A stretch of DNA of 47,022 bases from a virus (lineage: Duplodnaviria; Caudoviricetes): the IMG/VR virus record IMGVR_UViG_3300031965_000052, positions 1 through 47,022 of that record. One strand, written 5' to 3'. The translations under genes were made by a program, and so were the position numbers. Of this stretch, positions 17,963-27,924 are shown in pieces. Numbering within the stretch: position 1 is the stretch's first letter; every line of letters begins with the position of its first letter. A model generated the notes under the pieces. The model saw only the letters and a list, made by a program, of their open reading frames with translations. It made no database searches and was not told the DNA's origin.

Positions 17963-18595
17963 CTACACCAGCTGCTTGTCGAGAATGGCGGCCTGAATCT
18001 TGTCAGAGCGCACGGAGAACTGGCCGACCTCCCACGTTTCCTCGGAGTCCGACACCTTCACGAGCTTGGCCTCCACCTCGCGGCAGAACCACCCGTTCTT
18101 GAACTGCTGGATGTCCTCGCGGTAGCACTCGCGGAACATGCACCGCATCTTGATCCCCTCGGGGTAGGCGGGGGAGCGGAGTTGCTGCGGGTAGATGAAC
18201 CCCCTGCGCAGCGCGCGGTCTATGCCCTTGCCCTTGTTCATCCCGCTCGCGTGGGTGACGGACACCCAGTTGGGGGTGGGGACGAACTCGGAGATGGTTT
18301 CCGTTCCGGTGATGCGCTTGCGGCCGGTAGGCTTGTCGTCCTCGATCTCGTCCTCGTAGACGGGGCGTTCGGTCTTGCGCTCCGCCACGGAAACGTAGGG
18401 GTCGTGCTCGCACGTCAGGTACCAACCGGGCTCCAGGTACACCGCGCCACCCGCTGCGTCCTCGCAGGTCGCGCAGATGGGCCGCAGCATCTTCAACTCG
18501 CGCGAACAGGGCTTGAGTCGCACGGCCTGCTTGCCCCTGTACGACACGCCCTGGTGGAACAGTTCCTTCTCCTTCGTGCTTGCCCTAGGGCTCAT
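17963..18595 (-). CDS. Hypothetical Cys-containing protein
   Basis: 210-aa ORF with CxxC motifs; ATGA overlap. Confidence 0.65.
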   Translation of the reverse strand: MSPRASTKEKELFHQGVSYRGKQAVRLKPCSRELKMLRPICATCEDAAGGAVYLEPGWYLTCEHDPYVSVAERKTERPVYEDEIEDDKPTGRKRITGTETISEFVPTPNWVSVTHASGMNKGKGIDRALRRGFIYPQQLRSPAYPEGIKMRCMFRECYREDIQQFKNGWFCREVEAKLVKVSDSEETWEVGQFSVRSDKIQAAILDKQLV

Positions 18596-18921
18596 GCGGG
18601 CCTCCCGAGTCGGCGAACCTGATCGAGTGCCTTGCGGACGTGCGCGAGGCCGTGCGCGGCGGCGGTGAGCGCGTGCTTCACCGCGTCGGAGTTCGGCCCC
18701 GAGGGGTAGTTGGCCGCCGCCTCGCGCGCCGGGGCTTCCAGAGCGAGCAGCCCGCCGATGACATCGACGGTCTGGGTGTCCTTGTTCTTGGGCTTGCGGG
18801 CCTTGAGGCGGCTGTTCTCCTCGCGCAGAACCGTTACCTGCTCGCGCAGGTCGGCGGCGTCCGCCTGCGCCTCAGCCACCCGCTGGGCCGCTGCGTCCGT
18901 GCCCTTGCTTCGGAATGCCAT
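18592..18921 (-). CDS. Hypothetical coiled-coil protein
   Basis: 109 aa, RBS GAAGGGAG. Confidence 0.65.
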   Translation of the reverse strand: MAFRSKGTDAAAQRVAEAQADAADLREQVTVLREENSRLKARKPKNKDTQTVDVIGGLLALEAPAREAAANYPSGPNSDAVKHALTAAAHGLAHVRKALDQVRRLGRPA

Positions 18922-18931
18922 GTCTCTCCCT

Positions 18932-18968
18932 TCCCGGAGGCCGGGGGGCCGAAGCCCCCCAGCCGGGA
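18932..18968 (-). terminator. Stem-loop with C(UUCG)G tetraloop downstream of the capsid gene
   Basis: Minus strand GGGGGGC-TTCG-GCCCCCC (18943-18960) with outer TCCCGG/CCGGGA arms; no U-tract. Confidence 0.6.
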
Positions 18969-18973
18969 ATGAT

Positions 18974-19801
18974 TCACACGAGGATCGTCTCGCCCGCAGC
19001 GTCGCGGATCTCTACCGATCCGTAGCGTTGGGTAACAACGACCTCGGTGCCCGGAAGCGAAGCGTCTCGCTCCGTCTCCGTGCGGATGGGGCGGATCTCG
19101 TACAGACCGAGCGCCACGCCCTTGATGAACACCGCGCCTCCGGTGGAGGTCACGAGCGAGGTTTGGAACACGCCCGCAGGGCCGACGTTGAACCCGGCGT
19201 AGCCGCCGAGCGTCGCCATCTGCGTCTCCTCACGGTTGGTGTGGATGGACGCACCGGAGGTACCAACGTCATCGCGCACGTCGCCGACCTGAGCCGGGTC
19301 GAGCACGAACACAGCCTCGCCCGTCTGGTCGCGCTGCTCCAGTTGGTTGAGCGCTTCCAGCAGCGTCGCCCAGGTCGTGGGGACCCCGGCCGAGCCGGTG
19401 GTGTTGGAGAAGTCGTCGAGCAGCGCCGTGGCGTCTGTCTCGAACCGCTCCAGCACCGAACGCACGAGCACGTTGCCGAACACCGAGTAGCTGTCGAACA
19501 GGCTGATCTCGTCCAGTTCGTCGGTGACGGTCGCCATCGCGCCCTTAGCCGTTGCGGTGGCCGTCTCGTCGGTGGAACTGATGGCGGTGTTGGTCAGGCC
19601 CGTGCCTTCGCTGTACGACGCGCTCGCAGCACCGGGGTCGGTGATGATCGGGAAGTCGTAGGCGTTGGCCTTCTCGGGACCTGCGTAGCGGAAGAAGGAG
19701 CGCATGACGTTGTACGGACGCGCCTCTTCCAGGATCTGCGCGCTCACCCAAGACGTGAAGAGTGAGTCTGCCTGAGTGGAGGTGGTGGTTTCATTGCCCA
19801 T
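18974..19801 (-). CDS. Major capsid protein (HK97-fold)
   Basis: 275 aa after the scaffold; YSEGTGL E-loop, VTDEL, VVTQRYG C-terminal pattern; followed by a stable hairpin. Confidence 0.85.
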   Translation of the reverse strand: MGNETTTSTQADSLFTSWVSAQILEEARPYNVMRSFFRYAGPEKANAYDFPIITDPGAASASYSEGTGLTNTAISSTDETATATAKGAMATVTDELDEISLFDSYSVFGNVLVRSVLERFETDATALLDDFSNTTGSAGVPTTWATLLEALNQLEQRDQTGEAVFVLDPAQVGDVRDDVGTSGASIHTNREETQMATLGGYAGFNVGPAGVFQTSLVTSTGGAVFIKGVALGLYEIRPIRTETERDASLPGTEVVVTQRYGSVEIRDAAGETILV

Positions 19802-19812
19802 CGAAGGTTCCT

Positions 19813-20277
19813 TTATGAGGGGGACTGCATCCGCCCCTCTTGAATCAGACGCAGGGCTTCAGCTTGATCCCGAATGCCGATATCTCGGATTTCTGCCGCC
19901 GTGTAGGTCTTGCCTGGGGCAGGGGCCTGACCTCCGACGCCTGCCGCGAAGCTCTTCGCGGCCTCCACCTCTGGGGATGGGGCGTTCTCGGTCGTCTCTT
20001 CCTGCGTCTGCGGTGGTGCCACCTTCGAGAGAAGCTTCTCGATGGCCTCAACGTTCAGACCGGCGATGTCGTCTGGTTCTAGTGCGGGGAACTTCGCCTT
20101 GAGCCCGGCGAACTCCGCGGCTTGCGCGCGCTCCCGGTACTTCTTGTTCTCGGTGACGAGCCTTTTGACCTCAGCCTGGGCCTCGACCTGCTCTGCCTCG
20201 ATGGCTGTGAGCCGGGTCTTTAGGTCCTGGACTTCCTGGTCCTCTTGAGCCTCCTGGCCCTCTTCCTCGTCTGCCAC
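19813..20277 (-). CDS. Capsid scaffolding protein
   Basis: Acidic coiled coil (ENKKYRER) immediately upstream of the capsid gene. Confidence 0.75.
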   Translation of the reverse strand: MADEEEGQEAQEDQEVQDLKTRLTAIEAEQVEAQAEVKRLVTENKKYRERAQAAEFAGLKAKFPALEPDDIAGLNVEAIEKLLSKVAPPQTQEETTENAPSPEVEAAKSFAAGVGGQAPAPGKTYTAAEIRDIGIRDQAEALRLIQEGRMQSPS

Positions 20278-20370
20278 GGCGACGCTCCCTTCCCCTATGG
20301 GGGGATTTCTTGAGCAACTTGCTCGCTCCGAAGGGTTCCCTAGGCGTCACGCGCGCGCTACGATGGGCGC

Positions 20371-20637
20371 ATGGAAGGCAAGCTCTTTGGATGGGATCGG
20401 ACCCCGTGGTGGGCATTCCTGCTGCTCGTGGGAGCAGGGGCGGGGTTGATGCTGATCGGCGCGCACTTCGTCCCCCACGGCTGGAACGATTCGGGCGTCT
20501 TTGGAGCCTGGACCTCGGACAACGGAATGGGGTCGGTGGGGCTCCTGGTGGCCCTCGCGGGCGCCGTGGGGATGGTCCGGTGCGCCTGGCGCGCGACGTA
20601 CGTGGCTAGAACCCGGCTGCTGTACCGCCCCCGGTAA
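20371..20637 (+). CDS. Two-helix membrane protein on the opposite strand (moron-like)
   Basis: Hydrophobic segments WWAFLLLVGAGAGLMLIGA and VGLLVALAGAVGMV; TACGAT -10 box 6 nt before ATG. Confidence 0.55.
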   Translation: MEGKLFGWDRTPWWAFLLLVGAGAGLMLIGAHFVPHGWNDSGVFGAWTSDNGMGSVGLLVALAGAVGMVRCAWRATYVARTRLLYRPR

Positions 20638-21496
20638 TCGGGCGTCCCTGCTCATCCAGTCCGATCCTTTGACTCGGGGCCTCCTGCTCCAGGCTCGCCT
20701 GCCGGTTGCGCAGTTCTCGTTCAACCTTCTGGCGGATGGCCTCACGGCCGGGACCGCCGAACTCCAGAATCTCCTGCTCGCGCTGCGAGATGCCCGCCTG
20801 ACGTAGCTCCACTCCCGCGAGACGTAGCTGCGCCGAGATGGACCCAAAGCCCTCCTCGATCGCTTCAAGGTCCAAGACACCAGCCGTGGTCTTGGCGAGC
20901 TTCGCTGCGCGCTTGGGGTCGATCCTGATCCCCGCGTCCTTGGCGGTCTGCTGGAACAGCGCGCCCTCGTAGACGGCGTAGAGTTGCCTGTCTCCGCGTC
21001 CGGTGAAGAAGTCGATGGCGTCCTTGCGGGTCTTGATGCGCGGGATGCGCCCCGGCACTTCGTTCTTGCGGCGCAGGTCGTTGATGCGCTTGATCTGCTT
21101 GTTCAGGAAGTCGATGGTTCCGGGGTTGGAGTTGACCAACTGCACCCCTCGGGCGCGGACGGTGAACTCCTGGGGGTCCACGCCCTTAGACACCAGCGCG
21201 CCCATCTGCGCGCGTGACAGACCGAAGCCGAACTGCGCGGCGGTGGAGCGGAACTGCTCCTGGCGCGAAACGTACTCAGCCGGTGAGACGCGCAGGGTCC
21301 CGTCTTTGCGCTTGATCCCAGGGAACCGCTTGGCGAACGCCTTGGAGTTGATGATGAGCGCGTAGGCGTAGGCTCCGGGGTCCTGGGGGAAGTCGCGGAT
21401 AGCCCGGTCGAGGAACTTGTCCACGTCGAACGGGAACGGCAGTTGCGTGCGGAGGATCTTGCGCATCCGCTGGCGTTCGGTTCTCTTCTTAGCCAC
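20606..21496 (-). CDS. Putative internal virion protein
   Basis: 296 aa, helical and basic, in the block between portal and scaffold. Confidence 0.6.
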   Translation of the reverse strand: MAKKRTERQRMRKILRTQLPFPFDVDKFLDRAIRDFPQDPGAYAYALIINSKAFAKRFPGIKRKDGTLRVSPAEYVSRQEQFRSTAAQFGFGLSRAQMGALVSKGVDPQEFTVRARGVQLVNSNPGTIDFLNKQIKRINDLRRKNEVPGRIPRIKTRKDAIDFFTGRGDRQLYAVYEGALFQQTAKDAGIRIDPKRAAKLAKTTAGVLDLEAIEEGFGSISAQLRLAGVELRQAGISQREQEILEFGGPGREAIRQKVERELRNRQASLEQEAPSQRIGLDEQGRPITGGGTAAGF

Positions 21497-21505
21497 GATT
21501 CATCC

Positions 21506-21829
21506 TCAACCTAAACTGCCGAACTTTTCCGCGAGCGACAGGCCGATGCTCAGGCGCTCCTCGTTGTAGCGGGGGGAGAAGCGGAACGCGGGCTTCGCGC
21601 GCTCGTTCGCCTCGAACTCGAAGATGTTCATGCCCTTGGCCGCGATGCCCCGCAGGTAGCCAGGAGGGGGCGCGACGCCCCACAAACCCATGTAGGTGGA
21701 CAGCAGATGAGCCTCGTAGGACGCCTGGCCCGCGCTCTTGGACGGTCCGGACGACGTCGTACCCCCGGACGTTGGGGTCGTGGGCGTGGGGTTGGTGAAG
21801 TCCGGGGGCTTCGGGGGTGCCTTAGACAT
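21506..21829 (-). CDS. Hypothetical protein
   Basis: 107 aa, packed operon. Confidence 0.6.
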   Translation of the reverse strand: MSKAPPKPPDFTNPTPTTPTSGGTTSSGPSKSAGQASYEAHLLSTYMGLWGVAPPPGYLRGIAAKGMNIFEFEANERAKPAFRFSPRYNEERLSIGLSLAEKFGSLG

Positions 21830-21831
21830 TC

Positions 21832-24800
21832 TCAGTCCCCCCTTCCGAAGAACAGGAACGGATAGAACGCGCGCGAGGAGTCGGCGGGGAAGTCCACGTC
21901 TGCGTCCGACAGGAACGTGTTGCGCTGGAGGTTCGTGAGGAAGGTGTGCAGGCCCTTGTCCGCGCGCCGGTAGCCTTCGACGTAGGACACGAACTGTCGG
22001 TAGACGCCCAAGCCCCCGCCGCCGATGCTGGAGGGTTCGAGTCCTTGGGCTTCAAGTGCCGCACGTGCTTGGTTTGCCACCTGCGTCACCCGCTCCCACG
22101 CTTTGCGGACGCCGGGGTTCTTGACGACATCGAAGGCATCCAGGCGCTTGTAGACCGGCTGCTGGCTCAATCGGTACTCCTTGCGCACCCCGTAGTACGA
22201 CGCGAGGTCCCCTTCCCACGCCTCGATGGCATCGCGGATGTTGGTGGCTTCCTTCTTCGATTCGGACCAGTTCTGCTTGCGGATGTACTCCGTCGCCTGG
22301 TCGCGGGTCTTGAACACCTGCGTCCAGAACGTCTCGGCCTTCTTGTTCTTCTCCAAGCCCACGATGTCGCGCTGCTCGGACGTGAGCCATCCGATCTTGC
22401 CCTGCGCCCACGACCGACGCTTCGCGACCTTGCCCGCTTCGTCGAGCTTGTAGTAGGCCATCACCTGCGGGTGTGGCATTTGCTTGCCATCTATCACCGG
22501 GGGGTTGTAGTTCCGGTCTAGTTCCCCCAGCATGTCGCGCCCGCGCTTGCGCTCTTTGTCGGTGTGCCCCGGGCCCGTGAAGGTGTTGAAGATGCGCTCG
22601 CGCTCGGCGTAGTAGTCGTCCACCCCGTCGTAATAGGCGATCTCGGTCGCCTCGAAGGAGTCCTTGGGGATTCGCTGGCTGGTCATCGACTCGAAGGACC
22701 GCCCTAGCGCGGCGCGCAGAGCGCCCAGATCCTTCTGCTCGTCCGAGGAGAACCAGTCGAACGCTTCAAGGTCGCGCATGATGAAGAACGCATCGCGCGC
22801 CAGGGCTTCTGCGGCCGTGGGGTTGTCCTCGCCCTCGCCCGCCATCGCGAGCTTGCGGTTCTTCTCCCATTGGGCGGACCACACGGGGTTCAGGAACTCT
22901 AGGTTGGCGATGCTCGTGCGCGCGCGGTCGCGAATCTCCGCGACCTCGGAGCCGTGGTTGCGCATGATGTCGAGCCAGTTGTCTCCCAGGTTCGCGATGT
23001 CCCGCCGTTCACGCGCGCGCGCGGCGGTGAAGCTCATGGTGCCCAGGGCGTAGTCCACGTAGTCGGGTCCGAGCGACTGACGCAGACCCTCGGCGGTGGA
23101 CTCGATGTAGGCGCGCAGGGTTTCGTCCTTGACCTGCTCGCCGTCCAGACGGTAGGTCTTGGAGATGAACTGGAGTTCGCGCAGCGGGTCCTCGTCGATC
23201 CATTCGGTGAACAACTCCCGGCCTGTCGCAGCGTCCACGCGCTCCATCAGCGCGCGCATGTCGTCGGCCTCGTCCGCGCCGGGCCACACGAGATGAGGCT
23301 GGATGGGCGACACCATCCCCAGCAGGCCCCAGCGGAACATCTTCCACTTCGCGTCAGACTTGGCCTCGTCCCACATGTCCTGGTACTCACGCTGGAACCC
23401 GCGCGCGAGCGCCGCGCGCTCCTTCGGGTCCGTGACCTTGGACGCGGCCTCGGTGCGCGCTAGCAGGTCCTCGATGCCCGCGCGGTTGGTGCGGAACACG
23501 TTGATGACGAAGTTGGCGTCCTGCGTGGCTTCCTGCTCCGGTCCGAGTTGGTCGAAGAGCGGGATGGTCAAACCAAAAGCCTTCATCGCGCGGCGAAGCC
23601 CTGCGGGGGAGGAGTTCGCGTCGATCCCGAACACCGACGCCGACTCCAGCAAGCCCTTGAACGCCTCGGCGGCCCCGTCGATGCCGGGGATGTCCGCGTC
23701 CGCCAGGAGGGCCGTGCCGATCTCGGGGATGGGTCCGATGCCGGGCCACCCGAACAGGATGTTCGCGCTCGACACGGCGGCTTCGCCCGTCATGCCCTCC
23801 ACGCCTATCCAGGTGCCGAAGAAGTTCTTGAGCGCGTCGTTTGCGAACACCTCGACGGTGTTTCCGTCCGCGTCGGTTGTCTCTCCGATGACGCCCGCGC
23901 CCTTGAGCGCGTCGTGAATGATCTTGACCTTGCGCGCGAGGATGGCGTGGCCCACTCCGACGCCCTGCGTCGCGGGGATGGTCACGGCCCAGCGGGTCCA
24001 GACTTCCTTCCAGGCGGGGAAGAACGGCAGGAAGTTCCGCACCATCCGGTCGGTTGCGGTGCGCTCCGAGAGGTCGTAGAGCAGGGAGCCCACTTGCTGG
24101 ATGCCGAACTGCCGCGCCTGCGCCTCGGCTGCCTTTTTGGGCACACCGTAGGACGTGAGGCGCGCGACCTCTTTCTTGTAGAAGAACTTGAACGCGGGCG
24201 CGCGGTTCAGGTAGTTCGTGGGCTTGGAGCCCAGGAAGTCCATCATCGTGCGCACCATGCCGTTGTTGCCGTTGGCACCTCCCAAAGCCCGTTCGTAGGC
24301 CCCGTGGTAGGGCACGAGTTTGGGCAGGTCGTCCGAGCCCTCGACGAAGTGCTGGCGGAGCGCGGCGGAGATGTCGTCGTCCACCCGCAGGCTACGCGCG
24401 CCGCGCGCCCCGGCGATACCCGTCAGTTTCCCCGAAGCCACCCCCGCGCGCAGCACGTCCGAGTTCCCGATGATCCCCGTGAGCGCGGTGTCCGCGACCT
24501 CGACGTAGCGCGCCCATTCGTCGGGACCGACGGCGTCTACCTCCAGGGTCCTTTTGACCACGAGGTCCATGTGCTCGCGGTATGCCTTGCCCTTGCCGCT
24601 CATCAACCAGTCGAGCGCGTCGTCCTTTCCCCAACGCGCGAGGTTGCGCGCGAGTTCGTCGGTGTGCAGAGACTTCAAGTTCTCCGAGAGAGCATGGTAG
24701 AACTCCGACGACCCCTGCTCGACCATCGAGTCAGGCCTGGGAGTGCGTCGGCCCATGATGCGCGAGGACCGCATCAACGCTTCCTCGGGAACCTCGATGT

Positions 24801-27456
24801 TCGCGCCCGCGCGGCGCATACGCATGAGGAAGTTCAGCGGGGATTCTTCGATGGGAAGCGCTCCCACGGACACCAGGCGCGCGACCTCCTCGGGGATAAC
24901 GCGGAGCGGCCAACCCAACCGCAGCAGGACCAGCGGCTTCCAGACCGCGCCCGTGAGGAACGTGATCGCCACCTGCGCGCCCTGGATGGTGTCCGCGAGC
25001 AACATGCCCGGCCTGCCGCCCCCGACGTTCTGCGCGAGGCGCGAACGTCCATAACCTCGAAGGAAGGACTGCATCTGCCCCAGGTACGAGCGCGCGTCCG
25101 CGACCGCGTTCATGTTGGGGATGGGGACGGAACCCGTCACCTGATATCCCCAGACGGGCTGAGCGTAGGGCACGCCGTCCGAGGACACGCGCGACCAACC
25201 CTCCAGAGCCTTCACTCCGTCGCCGCCGTAGATGGATGCGCTGCCTCCGGTAACGGACGTGAGTTCTTGGATGAACCCGCGCGGCAGTTGCCGGTCCGCG
25301 TGCTTGAGCATGTCGAGGAACGCATTGAACGCTTCCTCGTGCGACGTGGCGTTGATGAACGTGGTCGTTTGCTTGTCGATGATGTTCTGCGGGATGCCGT
25401 AGACGCGCCCGATGTCGATCATGTCCCGCGAGGACTTGAGCATGTCCTCGGGCTTCAACGACAGAGCCTCTTGCGGGATGCGACCCACGGGACGGCGCAC
25501 CACATCGCGCACTTTGCGGCCTGCCGCGCGCGCCGTCTCGCGCGCACCGCGGCGGGGGATGGCAGCGGCGGGGTCGTTCAGAAGGATGGACGCGACGTCG
25601 TCGGCCCAGTTCTCCTTCGTCGCCGCGCGGATGATGGCGTTGTAGGGCGTGCCCCGGTCCCCACGTCGCAGGGACTCCTTCATGCGGTGCCAGGTGGAGC
25701 GCGCGGGGTCGCCGGGGATGATGGTCAGGGCTTCGTCCTTGCCCAACCCTCGGATGATGGTCCGGCGCTCGGTCGCGATGGCGCTCTTGGACTGCTTGAT
25801 GAAGTCGTCGAACTCTTGACCCTTCGGGACGGGAAACGTCTCGGGGGTCGCGTCTTTCAAGATGCGGTCTGCTTCGTCCAGGCGATTGAGTTGCGCCTGC
25901 GAGCGGGAAATACTGATCTCGTCCAGTCGCCCGTACATGCGGTCCACGAAGATGCGCTTGAGTTGATCGGGACTCTCCGCGCGCGCGAGCACCCGCAGGG
26001 CATCGGGAGGCAGGTCGTAGCGCTTGAGTAGCGGAGCAAGGTTCTCAAAACCCTCGTGCGTCGCCGACGCGCGCATCTTCTCGACGTCGCTCCACAGACG
26101 ACGAAGCGTCTGGTTGACGGAGCCGAGTTCCACGAACTCCTCGGGGGTCTTGACGGCAAAGAGCTTGGCGAAGCGCCCGCGCATCCCCTTGGCGGCGGCG
26201 ATGCCGGGAGCCTTGGCCGCGAGCTTCGCGCCCGCAAGGAACTCTCCCGCGATGTTCGTGGGGTCAAGGAAGATGCGGGAAGCGAAGTCGATGGTCGCGC
26301 TGGAGACATCGAAGGGCCGGGAACCGATCTCCAACCCTGCTTCGATAGCAACCGAGCGCCCGATGCCGAACGCCTGAGAGCGCTTCCAGTTAGCCGCCAG
26401 GTCCGGTGCCTCGCCCTGGAGCACTTGCTGCGCGCCCTGGATGCCCGTCGCCGCAGGCACGCTCACGGCGTGGTACAGACCTTCTAGTCCCCCCAAAGCA
26501 TTGAGCCCCACGCGCAGGGGGCCGTCGGAAGCATCGAGCGCTTCCCCCACCACTTCATCCACGCGCGCCGCTAGTTCCGGATCTTCCAGCGCGCCCGCCA
26601 GTTCGGGGTCACTTACTCGCTGGAGTTGCGCCGAAGGGTCAGATATCTTCCCCGCGCCCGCCGTCAGGCTGGGGATGATGCCGCTGATGCCGGGGATGCG
26701 CCGGGGCTGTTGCAGGGCTTCGATGCCTTCGGAGAAGGCCGCGAGGATCTGCTCGTCCGCGAGCGGCCCGCCCTCCAGCACGGCCTCACGACCAAGCAAC
26801 TGCTGCGCCTCCTGGAACGTCAGGAACTTCGCGAGGTTGTGGACCGTCAGGTCTTGGGTCGCCAGGTCCTCGAACTGCTCGACTCCGATCAACTCCGCCA
26901 CGGCAGCGTCCGACACCTCGCCGCCGAGCATCTTGTCCATCTCGGCAAGCACACCCTGACGGATGGACGGGTACTTGGCCTCGATGGCTTCCAACGCGCG
27001 GTTCTCTGCTTCCACGGCTTCGCGCGCGCGCGCGGTGGCAGCGTCCTTCTGCGCGCGGGTCGGGGGAGGCATCCCCGTCATGGCGGTCCAGGACAGCCCC
27101 TCCGCGAGTTCTGCTATCTCCTCGTCGGTGACGGGGGAGGCCGCGACTTCCAGCGCGAACGCCGGTCCCATCTGCGGCAGGGACGTGGTGGCGATGGCGA
27201 ACCGACGATCAAGGAAGCGCCACCATTCCTCACCTGTCGCGGGAACGAGAGACAGGGGGTCGATGCCCAAGTCCTCGGGCACGCTGGGCGCGGGGGGCGC
27301 GAACTTGCGTATCTCGGGTGCGTCGAAGGTCGCTTGCTGTTTGCGCTTGCGCTTCTCGCTTGCGATGAAGGCTTGGTCGCGCGCGTCCGCAGGCTGCTCG
27401 TGCGGCTCGGGTTCGATGCCGAACTTGAGCGCCTGCGGGTCGGCCTGGTGCGGCAT
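21832..27456 (-). CDS. Very large putative internal virion / DNA ejection protein
   Basis: 1874 aa, mostly helical; RNFLPFFPAWKEVWTRW segment typical of podoviral ejection proteins; no obvious tape-measure periodicity. Confidence 0.7.
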   Translation of the reverse strand: MPHQADPQALKFGIEPEPHEQPADARDQAFIASEKRKRKQQATFDAPEIRKFAPPAPSVPEDLGIDPLSLVPATGEEWWRFLDRRFAIATTSLPQMGPAFALEVAASPVTDEEIAELAEGLSWTAMTGMPPPTRAQKDAATARAREAVEAENRALEAIEAKYPSIRQGVLAEMDKMLGGEVSDAAVAELIGVEQFEDLATQDLTVHNLAKFLTFQEAQQLLGREAVLEGGPLADEQILAAFSEGIEALQQPRRIPGISGIIPSLTAGAGKISDPSAQLQRVSDPELAGALEDPELAARVDEVVGEALDASDGPLRVGLNALGGLEGLYHAVSVPAATGIQGAQQVLQGEAPDLAANWKRSQAFGIGRSVAIEAGLEIGSRPFDVSSATIDFASRIFLDPTNIAGEFLAGAKLAAKAPGIAAAKGMRGRFAKLFAVKTPEEFVELGSVNQTLRRLWSDVEKMRASATHEGFENLAPLLKRYDLPPDALRVLARAESPDQLKRIFVDRMYGRLDEISISRSQAQLNRLDEADRILKDATPETFPVPKGQEFDDFIKQSKSAIATERRTIIRGLGKDEALTIIPGDPARSTWHRMKESLRRGDRGTPYNAIIRAATKENWADDVASILLNDPAAAIPRRGARETARAAGRKVRDVVRRPVGRIPQEALSLKPEDMLKSSRDMIDIGRVYGIPQNIIDKQTTTFINATSHEEAFNAFLDMLKHADRQLPRGFIQELTSVTGGSASIYGGDGVKALEGWSRVSSDGVPYAQPVWGYQVTGSVPIPNMNAVADARSYLGQMQSFLRGYGRSRLAQNVGGGRPGMLLADTIQGAQVAITFLTGAVWKPLVLLRLGWPLRVIPEEVARLVSVGALPIEESPLNFLMRMRRAGANIEVPEEALMRSSRIMGRRTPRPDSMVEQGSSEFYHALSENLKSLHTDELARNLARWGKDDALDWLMSGKGKAYREHMDLVVKRTLEVDAVGPDEWARYVEVADTALTGIIGNSDVLRAGVASGKLTGIAGARGARSLRVDDDISAALRQHFVEGSDDLPKLVPYHGAYERALGGANGNNGMVRTMMDFLGSKPTNYLNRAPAFKFFYKKEVARLTSYGVPKKAAEAQARQFGIQQVGSLLYDLSERTATDRMVRNFLPFFPAWKEVWTRWAVTIPATQGVGVGHAILARKVKIIHDALKGAGVIGETTDADGNTVEVFANDALKNFFGTWIGVEGMTGEAAVSSANILFGWPGIGPIPEIGTALLADADIPGIDGAAEAFKGLLESASVFGIDANSSPAGLRRAMKAFGLTIPLFDQLGPEQEATQDANFVINVFRTNRAGIEDLLARTEAASKVTDPKERAALARGFQREYQDMWDEAKSDAKWKMFRWGLLGMVSPIQPHLVWPGADEADDMRALMERVDAATGRELFTEWIDEDPLRELQFISKTYRLDGEQVKDETLRAYIESTAEGLRQSLGPDYVDYALGTMSFTAARARERRDIANLGDNWLDIMRNHGSEVAEIRDRARTSIANLEFLNPVWSAQWEKNRKLAMAGEGEDNPTAAEALARDAFFIMRDLEAFDWFSSDEQKDLGALRAALGRSFESMTSQRIPKDSFEATEIAYYDGVDDYYAERERIFNTFTGPGHTDKERKRGRDMLGELDRNYNPPVIDGKQMPHPQVMAYYKLDEAGKVAKRRSWAQGKIGWLTSEQRDIVGLEKNKKAETFWTQVFKTRDQATEYIRKQNWSESKKEATNIRDAIEAWEGDLASYYGVRKEYRLSQQPVYKRLDAFDVVKNPGVRKAWERVTQVANQARAALEAQGLEPSSIGGGGLGVYRQFVSYVEGYRRADKGLHTFLTNLQRNTFLSDADVDFPADSSRAFYPFLFFGRGD

Positions 27457-27858
27457 CTACTCGGCCTCTAGGCTTCGCAGACCCGCCGCAAGGTTGCGCA
27501 TGCCTTCGCTTGCCCCAGGTTGTGAGGCGATGAAGTCCAAGATGGGCCTCCAGCGTGCGAGCGCGCGCATGTCGCGCACGTCGGCGCTCGTGTCCGCACC
27601 CATAAGGGCTTGGAAGGTTTCGGGATCAACGCCCTCGCCGTCCTCTTCCTCATCGAAGTCCGGCTCCTCGAAGTCCCCGAGGGTCTGGGGCGAAACCTCC
27701 AGCGTCGGCTCCTCGACGGGTTCGGGAGGCTGCGAGACGGGCGAGGGCTCCTGCGCGAGGTCCCCGCCCGTCTGTTGGATGAAGGACTCCTGTTCCGAGC
27801 GCGCGCCTCTAGCCTGTCCCTTCGGAACCTTGTCGTTCCTCTCGGCTACCGGAGACAA
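27457..27858 (-). CDS. Hypothetical acidic protein downstream of portal
   Basis: 133 aa, abuts neighbours. Confidence 0.65.
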   Translation of the reverse strand: MSPVAERNDKVPKGQARGARSEQESFIQQTGGDLAQEPSPVSQPPEPVEEPTLEVSPQTLGDFEEPDFDEEEDGEGVDPETFQALMGADTSADVRDMRALARWRPILDFIASQPGASEGMRNLAAGLRSLEAE

Positions 27859-27924
27859 TCAGTACCCCTTCTTGACGGGCTTCTTCGGAGGCTTGCGCGG
27901 GGGCTTGCGCTTCTTCTTGGGCAC
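27859..27924 (-). CDS. Tiny Lys/Pro-rich peptide MPKKKRKPPRKPPKKPVKKGY
   Basis: GTG overlaps the upstream TAG; fills the gap exactly. Confidence 0.5.
   Translation of the reverse strand: MPKKKRKPPRKPPKKPVKKGY

Noticed and set aside
23548-26031. 827-aa plus-strand ORF and other long antisense ORFs (e.g. 14637-16157, 9260-10243)
   Set aside because: Shadow frames of high-GC minus-strand genes; no motifs and unnatural composition.
21832-27456. Tape measure protein or virion RNA polymerase
   Set aside because: No evident tape-measure periodicity, no tail tube or chaperone context, and no recognisable polymerase catalytic motif; left as a probable internal virion protein.
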